In this document: piece by piece, positions 37,225 to 49,238 of the stretch
How positions within the stretch are numbered: the first letter of the stretch is position 1
How the letters are laid out: every line of letters starts with the position of its first letter
NCBI GenBank assembly: GCA_043228905.1
Contig: JBHGNT010000005.1
Location: 620,001 to 684,000, forward strand
DNA length: 64,000 nucleotides
Source: Azolla caroliniana
Taxonomy: Eukaryota; Plantae; Polypodiophyta
Direction: 5' to 3'
Position numbers and translations under genes: made by a program
Notes under the pieces: generated by a model
Seen by the model: only the letters and a program-made list of their open reading frames with translations
What the model was told of the DNA's origin: nothing
The model's database searches: none

Positions 37225-40164
37225 CTATTGTGTTGGGGGGAATCGAGCTCGGGATCCCTCATTTAGCATCGGCCATTGCATCGCCCACGTATTTGTCCCC
37301 TCAAGCTTCTTGTTATACCTTGGGGGGGCAACATCCGACAAACTAGATTTCCCGTTGTGAATATTCCAAATGTTGCACCGGCCCTCCAAAGCCTCCCCTA
37401 CCCCCACATGATAAATATTTGTGGATGACACTCCTCCTGGAGAGTCTACTAGGACCCGAGAATCCCTTCCATGGGGCTCCGTTTCACACCCAAACATCTG
37501 GGAACCATCGGCTCCAGCTCCAAAGGCTTGCATCACATCGTCCATCGGTGCAGGCAAGTTCAAATCTAAGCCTGCCCCTCGCTCGTTCTCGCCGTTAATG
37601 CATTGCCTTGCATGCTCAATCGTATAACCCGACACCTTATAATTGAACTGCGCAGTGGTACCACCCGACACTACCTTGCCTGATGTGGGGGGGGACGAGG
37701 ATGGCATGCTCATCGTGTCCACACTTTTGTCAACGCCCGTCCAATGGCAGCGCTTGTGTCCGCCCAAAGCCTGGCCCGTCGAGAACACGCGGTGGCATAT
37801 CGTGCATTCATGGCCCTTGCCAGGGCTCAGGTGAATGGCCCTCTTGTCCTTCTCAGCATGATTGAGCAAGGGAGACAATGGTGCAGTGTACTGCATGCTC
37901 ATTTCCTGGGACAAGTTACATGGCCTCTGCATGATCAAAGGATCCTGTGCAGAAGGGCTTGGTCTTTGCATCACTTCAGGTGACAAACCTAGCTTATTAT
38001 TGTCACTTAGCTTATTATGTGTCATTGTCGGGGCCGGATCTTGTGCTGGGGCCAACCATAGCTCGGGAGCCTCCTCCCCCGAGGTGCTGGCCTCGGAATC
38101 AGCCACACTAGTTGTCTTCGCAAAGCATCCTTTCATCCTTCTATGGCTTGCTCGATGCCCGCCCAAAGCTTGGTGCGAGGGGAACGACTTGTTACATGTA
38201 GCGCATTCGTACCTGGCCATATTATTAGCCTCTAGGCCGGCCATTTTATCTTTGGCATCTTCATCATGGTGTTGTTCTTTCAAGAATTCATCTCCTTCTT
38301 CATCTTCATCATCATCATCTTCTTCGGTAGTGGCCCGAAGATCGTCATTCACGATATCTTCATTGGGGCAGGCAAACTCTTCGCCTTCTTCTTCTTGGAC
38401 CCGTTTAGCCGCTTCCGCAAGTAGAAGGAGAGAGTTTATAAGGGGGGCATCCTTTATGTTGTGACCTTCCTTCCTACCTACTAATCCTCTATCTTCTTCC
38501 TGCCCCGTTTCAACAGATGTTGTCTCCGAGGCATCTTGTTCTTGTACTCCGGCTTCTTCTTCTTCTTCTTCTTCGTCCTGTGAATCGCTGCTAATTCGAA
38601 GGTTCAATCCTGCTTCCTTTGATCCTACTCTTCGTGGCCTCGATCGTTTTCCTCTCGGCCAATGAGTGGCCCCCAAATCATCATCATGATCTCTTTCTCT
38701 AGCACCAGGATCATCAAGAATATTCTTTGAGGATTGAATACCACTATATCTGTTAAGTACCTTCTTCTTCTTGCTGCTGGCCTTGTTGATCATCAATCTG
38801 CCTTCCAGTGAGCTAGATACATTATTATTAGTCCTCGTAGTTTGCTCAGGATTAACAATAGGGGGAAGAATTCCTCTCCATTCTCGTTCTGGATGGCACC
38901 TCATGTGTCCAAACAGAGCTTTCCATGACCAGAAGCCCTTTCCGCACTCGGAGCATTTCACACTTTTCCGATCATCTTTGGGCGCCAATGAATTGCCCAG
39001 GCCCTTGGCATCCATGATAATATTGCTAATGTTATGACCAGCCGAATTATTCGCACAGATTTTGTTACCATTAATCGCAGGATTTTCTCCAGTAGGGAAG
39101 GATTCATGATCATCCAATTCATGTGAGAATCTCTTGCTTCTTTTTGGGTTAGACCGGAGTTTATAGTTATTATTGTGTTGTAGCATAAGGCCATTATCGA
39201 GGTCTTGGTTCGTCTTACTTTCGCAGATACCCCCAGCCAAATACAAATCTTCTGCACCCTGATCTTCTACCTCGGAATTGTCGGTACCCAACATTAAGGC
39301 TTGGATATTAATGTTGTTATCCATCTCCAACTCCGATTCTGATCCGGATCCTGATACAGATTCTTCTTCTTCAAGTTCCTCTTCTTCTTCTTCTTCTTCT
39401 TCTTCTTCCTCCTCCTCTAATTTGTGTCCTTGGAAGCGGCCATTCATCGGTGAATCTTGGAGGTATTGGAAATAGTTATTCTCCCAGTTACTTGCAACTT
39501 TGTCTACCGGCCAATATCTCACTGCTGCCTGCAGAGGAGGCATCTTGTAATCGTTGTAAACTTGGCTCGCATAATGACGAGAATGATGAGTACTGCTAGA
39601 ATTACTATAATTATATTTGATGTTCTTCAGATTGGTCTCTCTTGGGCTAATCTTAGCACTATCATCATGACTGATCTTCTGGGGCCTGTCAATCATGTGA
39701 CTAGCATGGATCTGATCAGGATTACTGTTTGTCGGTACATAGCTATGATTGGAGGTATTGTTGTTATACTTGCTACTGTTGAATAGCTCCCCATGAACCC
39801 GCATATGTCCACCCAACGCTCTTCCGGAAGAGAACTGCCGACCACAGATTCGGCAAACCCTCTTGGGGTTATGTTTATTGCTAGTATTATGATTATGGCT
39901 GTGATGGTGATTACTGTGATTATGATTAGTAATCATGGATACGTGCTTGTTGGTTTCGCCATGATTACTTAGCGAAGAATTGATGGAAGGTGAACGGTCG
40001 ACATGATTGACGGCATATTGAAACGGAGCAGTAGAGGATTTAACCAGCTCTTGGAGGAGCTTCCTCTTCTTCTTAGGGTTAGGGTTAGGGTTAGGGCTAG
40101 GGCTAGGGTTGGGGTTGAAGCTAGGTTTGAGAAACAGGGGGATGCAGCCAGGGGGGTCCATCAT
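37225..40164 (-). CDS. Plant C2H2 (QALGGH-type) zinc-finger repressor with four dispersed fingers and an EAR motif, DAZ1/ZAT-like, 979 aa, single exon
   Basis: Fingers CRICGRQFSSGRALGGHMRVH, CSECGKGFWSWKALFGHMRCHPEREWRG, CATCNKSFPSHQALGGHRASH and CTICHRVFSTGQALGGHKRCH; basic NLS PKKKRK; L-rich box SLLLLA; EAR motif LDLNL. Confidence 0.95.
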   Translation of the reverse strand: MMDPPGCIPLFLKPSFNPNPSPSPNPNPNPKKKRKLLQELVKSSTAPFQYAVNHVDRSPSINSSLSNHGETNKHVSMITNHNHSNHHHSHNHNTSNKHNPKRVCRICGRQFSSGRALGGHMRVHGELFNSSKYNNNTSNHSYVPTNSNPDQIHASHMIDRPQKISHDDSAKISPRETNLKNIKYNYSNSSSTHHSRHYASQVYNDYKMPPLQAAVRYWPVDKVASNWENNYFQYLQDSPMNGRFQGHKLEEEEEEEEEEEEEELEEEESVSGSGSESELEMDNNINIQALMLGTDNSEVEDQGAEDLYLAGGICESKTNQDLDNGLMLQHNNNYKLRSNPKRSKRFSHELDDHESFPTGENPAINGNKICANNSAGHNISNIIMDAKGLGNSLAPKDDRKSVKCSECGKGFWSWKALFGHMRCHPEREWRGILPPIVNPEQTTRTNNNVSSSLEGRLMINKASSKKKKVLNRYSGIQSSKNILDDPGARERDHDDDLGATHWPRGKRSRPRRVGSKEAGLNLRISSDSQDEEEEEEEAGVQEQDASETTSVETGQEEDRGLVGRKEGHNIKDAPLINSLLLLAEAAKRVQEEEGEEFACPNEDIVNDDLRATTEEDDDDEDEEGDEFLKEQHHDEDAKDKMAGLEANNMARYECATCNKSFPSHQALGGHRASHRRMKGCFAKTTSVADSEASTSGEEAPELWLAPAQDPAPTMTHNKLSDNNKLGLSPEVMQRPSPSAQDPLIMQRPCNLSQEMSMQYTAPLSPLLNHAEKDKRAIHLSPGKGHECTICHRVFSTGQALGGHKRCHWTGVDKSVDTMSMPSSSPPTSGKVVSGGTTAQFNYKVSGYTIEHARQCINGENERGAGLDLNLPAPMDDVMQAFGAGADGSQMFGCETEPHGRDSRVLVDSPGGVSSTNIYHVGVGEALEGRCNIWNIHNGKSSLSDVAPPRYNKKLEGTNTWAMQWPMLNEGSRARFPPTQ

Positions 40165-40324
40165 GAGCTAGGTGGAGTGGGAGCTTTGGTTATAAGTGGG
40201 ATATGGGAAGCTGGGAGGAGCCTGCGGGGCAGCCAGATGATGGATTAGGGTTTGGGGGGAGGGGGTGCTTCTGGAGATGATTAGGGTTTTAAATATGGTA
40301 CTGAATGGATTTTGATGAAGAAGC

Positions 40325-40724
40325 TTGAAGGGAAGGAAGGAAGGAAGGAAGGAAGGAATCCACAGAAGAACAGAGGGAGTCAGTCGTATCATGTATGAAG
40401 AAGGAAAGAAGTGAAGCAAGAAGACAGAGAGAGAGGAGGAGAAGTGAGGAGAGAGTAGAGAGAGAGAGTGTGTGTGTGTGTGTGTGTGTGAGTGTGTCTG
40501 GGGAGGAGAGAGGAGAGAGAGGGACAGTCAAAAGCGGCAGAGGCAGGTTTAGAGTAGCAACATGCAAAGCATGCACACACACACACACAAGCAAAAAGGC
40601 AGAAGAAAAAGAGCTAGAGAGAAGAAAATAAAAATTAGACTATTATCAAGGCCCAAAACAGAGTCTCTCTCACTCTCTCACTTCTCACACTCACTCACTT
40701 CACTCCCACACACACACACACACA

Positions 40725-40760
<36 letters not shown>
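40325..40760. repeat. Microsatellite cluster 5' of the zinc-finger gene: (GAAG)n, (GA)n, (GT)n, (CA)n(CT)n
   Basis: Directly visible runs near 40332-40357, 40427-40490 and 40707-40760. Confidence 0.9.
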
Positions 40761-40763
<3 letters not shown>

Positions 40764-43700
40764 TCTTGGCTAACAAATCTTCTGTCCCAAGATAAAAACT
40801 ACCCAAAGAAAGAGCCTTCACCCAACAACACATAAAAGAAGAAGAAGAAGCCCTGCCCTGCCCTGCCTAGCATTGGCAATTGCTACATCACTGCCCCTAC
40901 TTGTCGTCTCACATTTACTATTACTAACATGAAGCAAACCCCCCAGTTCTTCACTCTCCCGAAAATATGTAATAACTAACCAACACCTTCCTCTCTACTT
41001 CTTCCCTTGGTGTGTTCCTTGCTCATTTTCCTCCCCCCCCCCCCCCCCCCCCCCGTCTCCTCTCGTCTTTCTTGATCACTGGCATGACCTTCGAAATCAC
41101 TTGGCTTGCGACTTTGCAACCGGTCTTTGATTGATCTTGGCATTTTAAAACTCGCATTGCGAACAAACTCTACTGATATCTGATTGCACAACAATGCATA
41201 TATACTCTCAAGAACCATATCCCCCATATGGGAACTACCTCCTAACCATTTTACATAAATTCAGAGATTAGGGAGCTCATACCACATGTCCATTCCCAAC
41301 TTGAAAGCTATGAGTAGTGGTGATTGGCAGGATGCTAGAACCCTTATCAAGAGGCCATTTGATCGAGAATCATGGAGTCCCAACTGTCATATACATAAAA
41401 GGGGACTGCAACACATTAGGTGGTACAGATGGAGTGAGAATTCTAGCTATTAATCATCCCACCCGGATACCGTGTGATCTAAAATGAGTGTGCTTGCCTT
41501 TACTCACATATGGTTGCATTGCGTAGTTAGTGAGGGATGGTTTGCATCTCTAATTTTACATCCAATATTCAATCAACATGCATTATGCTTGTGTGCCCAA
41601 CATTTAGCAGCAAGATGCATGATATCTTGTTATTAAAAATAATCGAAGTAAAATTGATGTGCACTACATGTTTGTTGGCTAAAAGTAAAGTCAATCTTTT
41701 GCAATTTTGGTATTGGTAAAAATAAATCGCCTCTTTCCACGAACCACGACTAAGAGTAATCTTTAGTCGCATTTAACAGATGACAATGTGCAATGCCGAG
41801 AGAGTTTGAAGTTCACCACCACCAAAGATAAAGTGGATAACGATCTAGATCATTCCCGATTCTTACGTTCATAAGCCAATAGTACTTATTTGGAATGCAT
41901 GTGAAGTCAATGTGACATCTTTGAAGCTATGCTCACAATTGCTTAATATCCCAATATCTATGTCTAACATCTAGTACGACACAATTGTAGGTGTGATTGG
42001 CCTTAAATAACATCAACAACAATATAAGATACTCTTTGTGAGGATATGATAATGTAGAAGTTGAAAAAGGAGAAAAATCCATCATATTAACATTTGCTAA
42101 CTCGGCTATTAAGGCCAATTTAAGTACATGAATTCCATCACATTAACATTTGCTAGCTCGATGATTTAGGTCAATTTTGAACATATAATGTCTTAATATC
42201 ATACTTTGATCTATTTGAATACGACTTTTTAAATGTTTTGAGGTTCATATGGTCTCGTTCACAACTCTTATTAATATTGAAAATCTTGTAAACAAAGATG
42301 ACCACCTAGAACATATTAAACTTATCATGTCTAGAATAAAACCTTGGTAATAATGCATCAATTGTAGTGAATTTTCCAACAAAACCCAAACACTCATTTC
42401 CCATATACTCACTCAAACGAGCCCCAACAACTTAGTCAATAACAACAATGTGAAATGAAAGTTGCGTTAGGCCTTTTCATGTACACATTGTCGCAAACTC
42501 AAAAATCCACATTCCTAAACAAACTTTTTAAGACGATGACCTTTTTAATATCATAAGATAGTCTAATATGCTTGAGTGAGGTTAGTTGCCAAAGTCATTA
42601 ATAAAGGTGTGATTATTCTTTGCTACCCAAGATCAACAACATGTATCCACGTCTTCACAATATAAGTTATACAATGTCATGAAAACCCACTTGCTAACCA
42701 ATCGTGGCCCACATGGAATTGAAGCCTTTGATTTGCATTTATCCATCTAATTATGCTTGATCACTTTAAAGCTTTTCAAGGATGTACACAAGCCATCGAA
42801 TTGAGAAGTATTGGTGAAATGTATTTTTTAGAAAAGGCATATAGTGTCCTCTTGACCTAAGCGAAGCTTATTGTAGACTTATAAATCTACTTTGTCACTT
42901 GGGCTTTGATGACATAGAGATTCATTGCCATCTTGAAAGCACACATATCTTAGAGTTGTGCAATTAATAAATCTCACTAAGGAAATGAAAATATTGCACG
43001 ATTGGAGCAATTGCCATGATAGATAATTATTAATAATAGTTGTGGTTTGGTTGGTCTACTCCCTGTGTTTTGCAAAATATTGTTAATCTTGATTCATATT
43101 TAATATTTGGTTTTGATACGAAAGTCACTATGGCCCCATGTCAGAAAAGGCTTTTGGAGTTGGCATGCTATACAATTGTCTAGATTTTGTCTTTTCTTAA
43201 TATATATACCCATCTTTTGGGGGTGCCAAATGTTCAAGAAGGTGCATGTGAACATACAAGGGGTTAATCAACTTGATCCATGTACCCATTGTTACTATTG
43301 GGCTTGCTTTCTTTCTTCTTTCAAATTTGATTATGCTCAAGAATTGTTTGTGCAATTAATGCTAGGCATATTTGTCTTGTCAACCATGAGTTCATATAGT
43401 TGACCTCAACTATCAAGCTATATTTGCAAGTTTTGTGGTATATCTCAACTCTAGTCCGTTTGAAGTTAGGCATAATGGCATGTTTATATGTGGAAAAAAC
43501 TTGTGATTCTCGTTTTTCACCAATGCAATTTGTGGAATTTCCTGGTTGGATTAGAATGCCCCTTTTCGTGTTGACACAGAGGCATTACATGAAATGTGGG
43601 AGCATGGCCTTTAAGAGAGGAGGTGCATGGAAGATATGGTTGTACACATAGAAGAAGGAACCTATGAAGACTTTAAATAATGCATTCCAATGAATAAGAA

Positions 43701-44316
43701 AATGTTAAAATGTAACATGTGGCAACATTGAAATCAATGTCGTCTAAAAATTGCGAGTGGGTCATCGCTTTCCAAAAGGCAATGTTAAAAAAATGGAATT
43801 TATTGCTCCTTGATGTTCTATAAACTCTAGTCTTCCAAACGATGAATGACTATCGATTAAAGAAGTTTGAAATGTTCTTCCTTGTGAAGGAAACAAAATC
43901 CCATATTTCTGTTATGTTGGCGTACCAAGTTGTGTTGAATATCATAGGCTTATGAAAGATATGGTAGCAAGGGCATGTGATGCACATGTGGGGAGGTTGG
44001 CGTGGGTCCGCTTTATAGACACAATGCACCTAGCAAGGTATCGTGGTTGTCACTCATGGAGGAAGCTCATGAAGTTATGTCATAAGATGCACATGTGGGC
44101 ATAGGTTTTGAAGATAGATGCTCAAAACACCTCAACGTAGGGGAGAGTTAAAAATATATCATCAATAGAAATACGTCCTCCGAGGGGGGGTGCAACAATT
44201 TTGGTATTTATGGAGTTGCAAGTCAAATGTATATACACATAGGGGAAAACACACCAGGATATCAATGATGTGAGATGAAAACACAAGCGTGGTCCTTCCG
44301 TAGAGGAAACATGAAA

Positions 44317-44432
44317 TGTGGTATTTACCACAATCCACCCTAACTAACTCTAGTTAACATAGCCATAGTAGAATTAACCATGGTAAGGAACTAGAGTTAA
44401 GGTGAGGGTGGATTGTGGTAATATGTACCACA
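44317..44432. repeat. Inverted repeat / fold-back of ~115 bp
   Basis: 44325-44341 is the exact reverse complement of 44405-44421 (17 bp), and 44345-44355 of 44389-44399 (11 bp). Confidence 0.9.
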
Positions 44433-44619
44433 TATTACCAAACTAAAGTAGAGTAGCATGGGTTGGAAATGCATAGAGATGGAGGGGTATGTATTGTGGT
44501 GGTGGTCTTTTAGCCGGTTCTTTTGCATATGGATGGCAAGTTGTGGGTGGTTTTAAAACTTTTAAAGAAGAAGAAGACGTGGTGGTGGTGGTGGTGTGGG
44601 AGGTGGAAGTTTTAAAAAA

Positions 44620-44860
44620 ATGTACGTGCGGACAAGTGTGAAAGCGTTTGTAGGTGAGGCCGCACACGTGTGTCTGTGTGTGTTGGACACGTGTGCAGGC
44701 GCTGCGCGCGCGACCCTTCTTTCGTGGCCTGCCTTTTCTTTGGCATCAGGCCACGTCACAGTCGGCCAGGTCAGAGCCTCTTTGGACGGGTGACTAAGAG
44801 AGAGAGAGAGAGAGAGAGCTGAGAGGGAATCGGTTGCTCATAACGGCTGACGTGGCAGGG
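44620..44860. promoter_or_regulatory. Candidate distal enhancer: G-box/ABRE and MYB-core cluster
   Basis: CACGTG at 44665 and 44688, GCCACGTCA at 44750, TGACGTGGC at 44848, CGGTT at 44831, TAACGG at 44841 and (GA)n at 44798-44818, all in a CpG-retaining patch. Confidence 0.5.
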
Positions 44861-46269
44861 CAGAGCAGATCATATCTGCGCTTGAGCTTTTTTCCCCCAA
44901 TTTGATTCCCTTTATTTCCCAAAGTGTCCACTTTCTGGCGCTATATTTAGCCATCAATCTTCGTGTGTGGTGGGGATAGATTGAGGGGTATTCGGGGGAA
45001 TTATCCAAAACACATAGGGATATTTGCGGTAATAGAGCAAAACTCCCACACAATTTAGAGCCTTCTTCTTTCTCCCTTGTTTCTTTTTAAGAATGAAGGG
45101 GGTAGTAACGCTAAATATCCAAAACATTCGGTTGGATTTTTGTGATTTTCCAGTAATGAACAAAGATGCCATGATGGTGGAAACATCTAATATATGACGT
45201 TTTATGTATTTGCGTAAACTACATATGTTTTGCTTCCCGAGAAATGTCCATTACCCTGCTTCATCTTGAATGTAGGCCACACAACAGGGTCAAGCATTTT
45301 AGCTTTGCGTTGAGTGGGTTTCATCTTTATATGGAACCTACTAGTTGTGAATAGAAGTCGTAAACCTGGAGAGTTTGCAAGGTTCTCTCAAAGCTCCTAC
45401 TAAAAGCATGCACATGCACGTGGACAACATTCATATGTAGTCTAGAAATTTCACCAAAACTAACACCAAATTGTCAGTGAGATTATCGTTTTATGTTATT
45501 CCTTCGATCACAAGATCATCAAATCCAAATTTAGGCCTTAATTTTGTTGTTAATATTTAAATGCTTGTGGCGTTCAATTCATGACTAATTTTGAAAGAAG
45601 AAGTGTTCCATGTTCGGCACGATGAGAGCAAGGAAACTATGTTGCAATATATTATCTCTTCATCTTTATTGTTCATTCACAATACTTGTTGGTTTCGTGA
45701 ATAATGTTTGGATGGGGTGTTCCGCTTGATGAGCATTTGGGTTGGATGGGACAAGTGCATTGTGCTCTTTGCGTAATAGTGTTTTGTGTGAGTTTCCCCA
45801 AAAATATGTAAACAACCAAAGTTTTGTAATAGTGAAGTAGATCGTGAGTTACAAAAAATAATTTGTCTATTGGATGCATCTATTTTGTGAACGGACAAGT
45901 CAATAATAGAATACTCAAAAGTCAAATCCTTTTGAATGACACAAAATAAGAGTGTGCGTGTCTTTTCAAGTATTATGTATAGTTTTGTGATTTTGGCTTT
46001 AGCTCCATGCTTGGATTGGCTAATGGTCAAACTATTTCATTTCTTCACTAGTTTTGGATGTTGGTGAGTACATGTGATGTAACAACAAATACTTGGGATG
46101 GAAGCATGTCCCATCTGTATCTCCATCCAAATTAGTTTCACAACTAACAACTAGAGGGGACACACATGCTCTTTATGCGTGTTTGGTAGTGTAAGTTACC
46201 TCGATGGCGAAAGAGGAGGAAGAGAAGACGATAGATGTAGTATATACAATATATAAAAAGAGACTTGTT

Positions 46270-46272
<3 letters not shown>

Positions 46273-46319
<47 letters not shown>
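46273..46319. repeat. (GA)n microsatellite
   Basis: Uninterrupted GA run; similar runs at 36430-36467 and 63861-63916. Confidence 0.95.
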
Positions 46320-46322
<3 letters not shown>

Positions 46323-48384
46323 GCCAATGCTAAACAAATAATTTCTTTATTTGATTTTCCTCTCTCTAGAATTGAAAAAGTGTGGAATTGTGGAATTATG
46401 TTTGATTGTGGGTAAGATGTGCCCATCAAAAGCAATATCATCGACAAAAGCAAACAAAACATAACTATTTTCATTATAGTTGAAATTAAGGCCCATGTAT
46501 GAATATTAACCTTAGTAACCACGAGCGTGAATTTTTTTTGTAATGTTTAGTGACATATATTAGTATATTTATTCCTATTCAACTTTAACTAATTGCATAT
46601 GATTCATCAACTGTCTCCCTTTCCCCTAGACTTGTGTAGTGTGAAAGTAGTAGATGATGAGAAGTTACTACAAAGAATATGCATGGAACTAAGGAGTTTG
46701 GATGAGAGAGAGAGACAGAATTGAGTGCACGTTTGTGAATTTCAATTAATGAAGGACAACATATCCCATGTAAGTTATACTAGACAACAAAATTTGAAAC
46801 TTTTTACAATAAGACAAAAGTTATTGTAGTGCAATAAAAACCTTCGTAAGAAAGAGGAAATGGAACTTAAGGAGAATCTCATACATATATTATTAAGACT
46901 TTTGCTTTCAATGAATATGTGTTGTAACTTGGTATCAAGAGATAAAGAAGGAATTGAAGGAGAAAGTATGATCGTCATTGTTGGCCCTATAACATGTGTG
47001 TGTGTGTGTGAAGAGAGTGAGAAGGAGAGAGATCATACCTATATCACAAGATGTGCACACACATATAAGAGAGAGGATTCAAAGAATGTGTACACAATCG
47101 TGCACTTGCATGACATACATGCATTGTTTTATGACATGGCCTTCAACTAACCTAACCATTGATTTATAGTACTGCCATTCTCATCAAAATCTATAGAACA
47201 TTACAATGTAGAGAGTAAACTCATTTGTTGCAAGGCCAATATGGCATTGTGGTTCAACTCTATCCTCAAGATACCGAGCCATTGCCACAAATTGGATTAA
47301 ACAATTCTTTTTTTCATATTGCTTAAACCACATGTATGTATATAATATGAGTAGACCCTCTTTGGAAGTAAAATGTGTCCCTTGTATAGTCATAACAATC
47401 GCATGAAGTTGTGTTCAATAATGGGACTATCCGAGTGCATGTATACACATGTAAAATGTCATGAGTTTCAACCACCACTTTCTTTTGTTGTCTGTTTCAA
47501 TGTGTGTAACTTTTCATAAAATAAGGAAAAGGTAGCTAGAAAGATTATGCCTTTAAAACACACTCGAACTACTCTATTTCAAGCACTTGAAGTGTGCAAT
47601 ATTCAAGTCTTCGTTTGTAAGTAACAATCCTAGTTGATAGTTAAATTCTTTAAAGTCCAAATTGATCCATGTTAAGTTCTGAGCACGAAAACAAGCACTT
47701 TTTAATGCATCTTAAACTCAAAATTAGCAAGCACATTGTGGACACAAGGATTTGTTGAAGGAGCCACCTCAATTGTTAGGCACTCATGTATGTTCTCTTT
47801 GTCATTGAGAAAAGTTACAACTCCATGCACACATGCCTTAATGCATGATTATAATTTATTGTTCTTGTCTCCGTGAACATGTGCAACATTGAATACAAGG
47901 AGATGTGTCTTATGCGTGATGTATTTCATTGAGGCAACCCTCTCAATGCATGCCTTTTTAATTATCATGGAAACCATGCCTTGTAGAGAACATTAGGTCC
48001 AATAACTTGTTAAACACAACTACAACCACAAGCTACAAAAATGTTTGTTGTCCCATCTTCCACCTTTTTTTGCTTGCATGAATATAGGTTCATTGCAGAA
48101 CTACTAGAGGTGCTACATATTACTTTCTTTTCATAAAACCATGTTGTCTGGTATTCTATAAGTTTTTGAGTTTAGTTGTACCAAACGCACTTCTTGCTTC
48201 GTATTCTAGCCAAATGTGTGCTTTTTCTAGTGATGGGGTTCGTTAAGTTTCACCTATAAAAGTAGAGGTTCATGTCAAATCAATTATTCCTCATTTTGTA
48301 ATCAATCAATATATCATTTGAATAATCCATCAGTAGAAAATGTTGTAATTAATTATTATTGTTATATTTATATGCGTCTATGTA

Positions 48385-48447
<63 letters not shown>
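48385..48447. repeat. Compound (TG)n(AG)n microsatellite
   Basis: Directly visible. Confidence 0.95.
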
Positions 48448-48450
<3 letters not shown>

Positions 48451-49238
48451 TGAGACAATTTTATTGCATCTGTATGTGCAGTAGCTATATTCATATCATG
48501 GATGCAAGTATGTGTATCTATCTCCATGTAATGTCCAAACATTTTCACCTAGCAAATCTTGCTATCTAGTTCGTAGTATCAATGCTCGGAGAAATTGTTA
48601 AAACATTCATTTCGACAAACTAGAATGAAAACGTTTGTATGAAGCTATGTTTTCATTAACATGTTTGGATATAGTCAATTGAACATTCCTATTTTCGGGC
48701 ACATTTTTCCATGTCTGGGATCTTCATGATTGAGAAATATATCAATAGAGTGTTTGTAGTTTGGCCTAGCATTTGGTGAGCAACATCACGAGAATCCTCT
48801 CAAAGAAGTTAAAAATTTATGTTTATTTACTAATGTATCAAGAGGCACTTGAGGAGTCCAATAACATTTCTTGAAAGCCAACAAGATTGAAGAGAAATCA
48901 AAGTCAATGACCTTAGCACAAAGTGAATGAAATGAACAACTATTTTTCATTAAAATTTCCCCTATCATTACACTTAATTTAGAAACATTGGTGAAGATAT
49001 CTAAAACTTTTGACCTTACAATTTCTACACTTTCAATCTAACAAAAAACGACCAAGTATATTCAAATACCTTCATCTTGTAGTTCTACCAATGACTGAGC
49101 AAACTATGAACCCATTAGCCATCCACCTAACCATAGAACGTAATATTCGTGTTCGTGCAAGCATTCAAACGTTTGGAAACGAACACGTTTGAAATGGGAA
49201 AATATGTATTGATTTTTTTTCATTTTTTCATTACAATT

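Noticed and set aside
42600-43950. Possible decayed DNA-transposon transposase
   Set aside because: No continuous frame or diagnostic motif could be reconstructed; a translated HMM search is needed.
47400-48200. Possible ancient Copia pre-integrase relic on the minus strand
   Set aside because: Only a weak RGLP..C-like echo; insufficient evidence.
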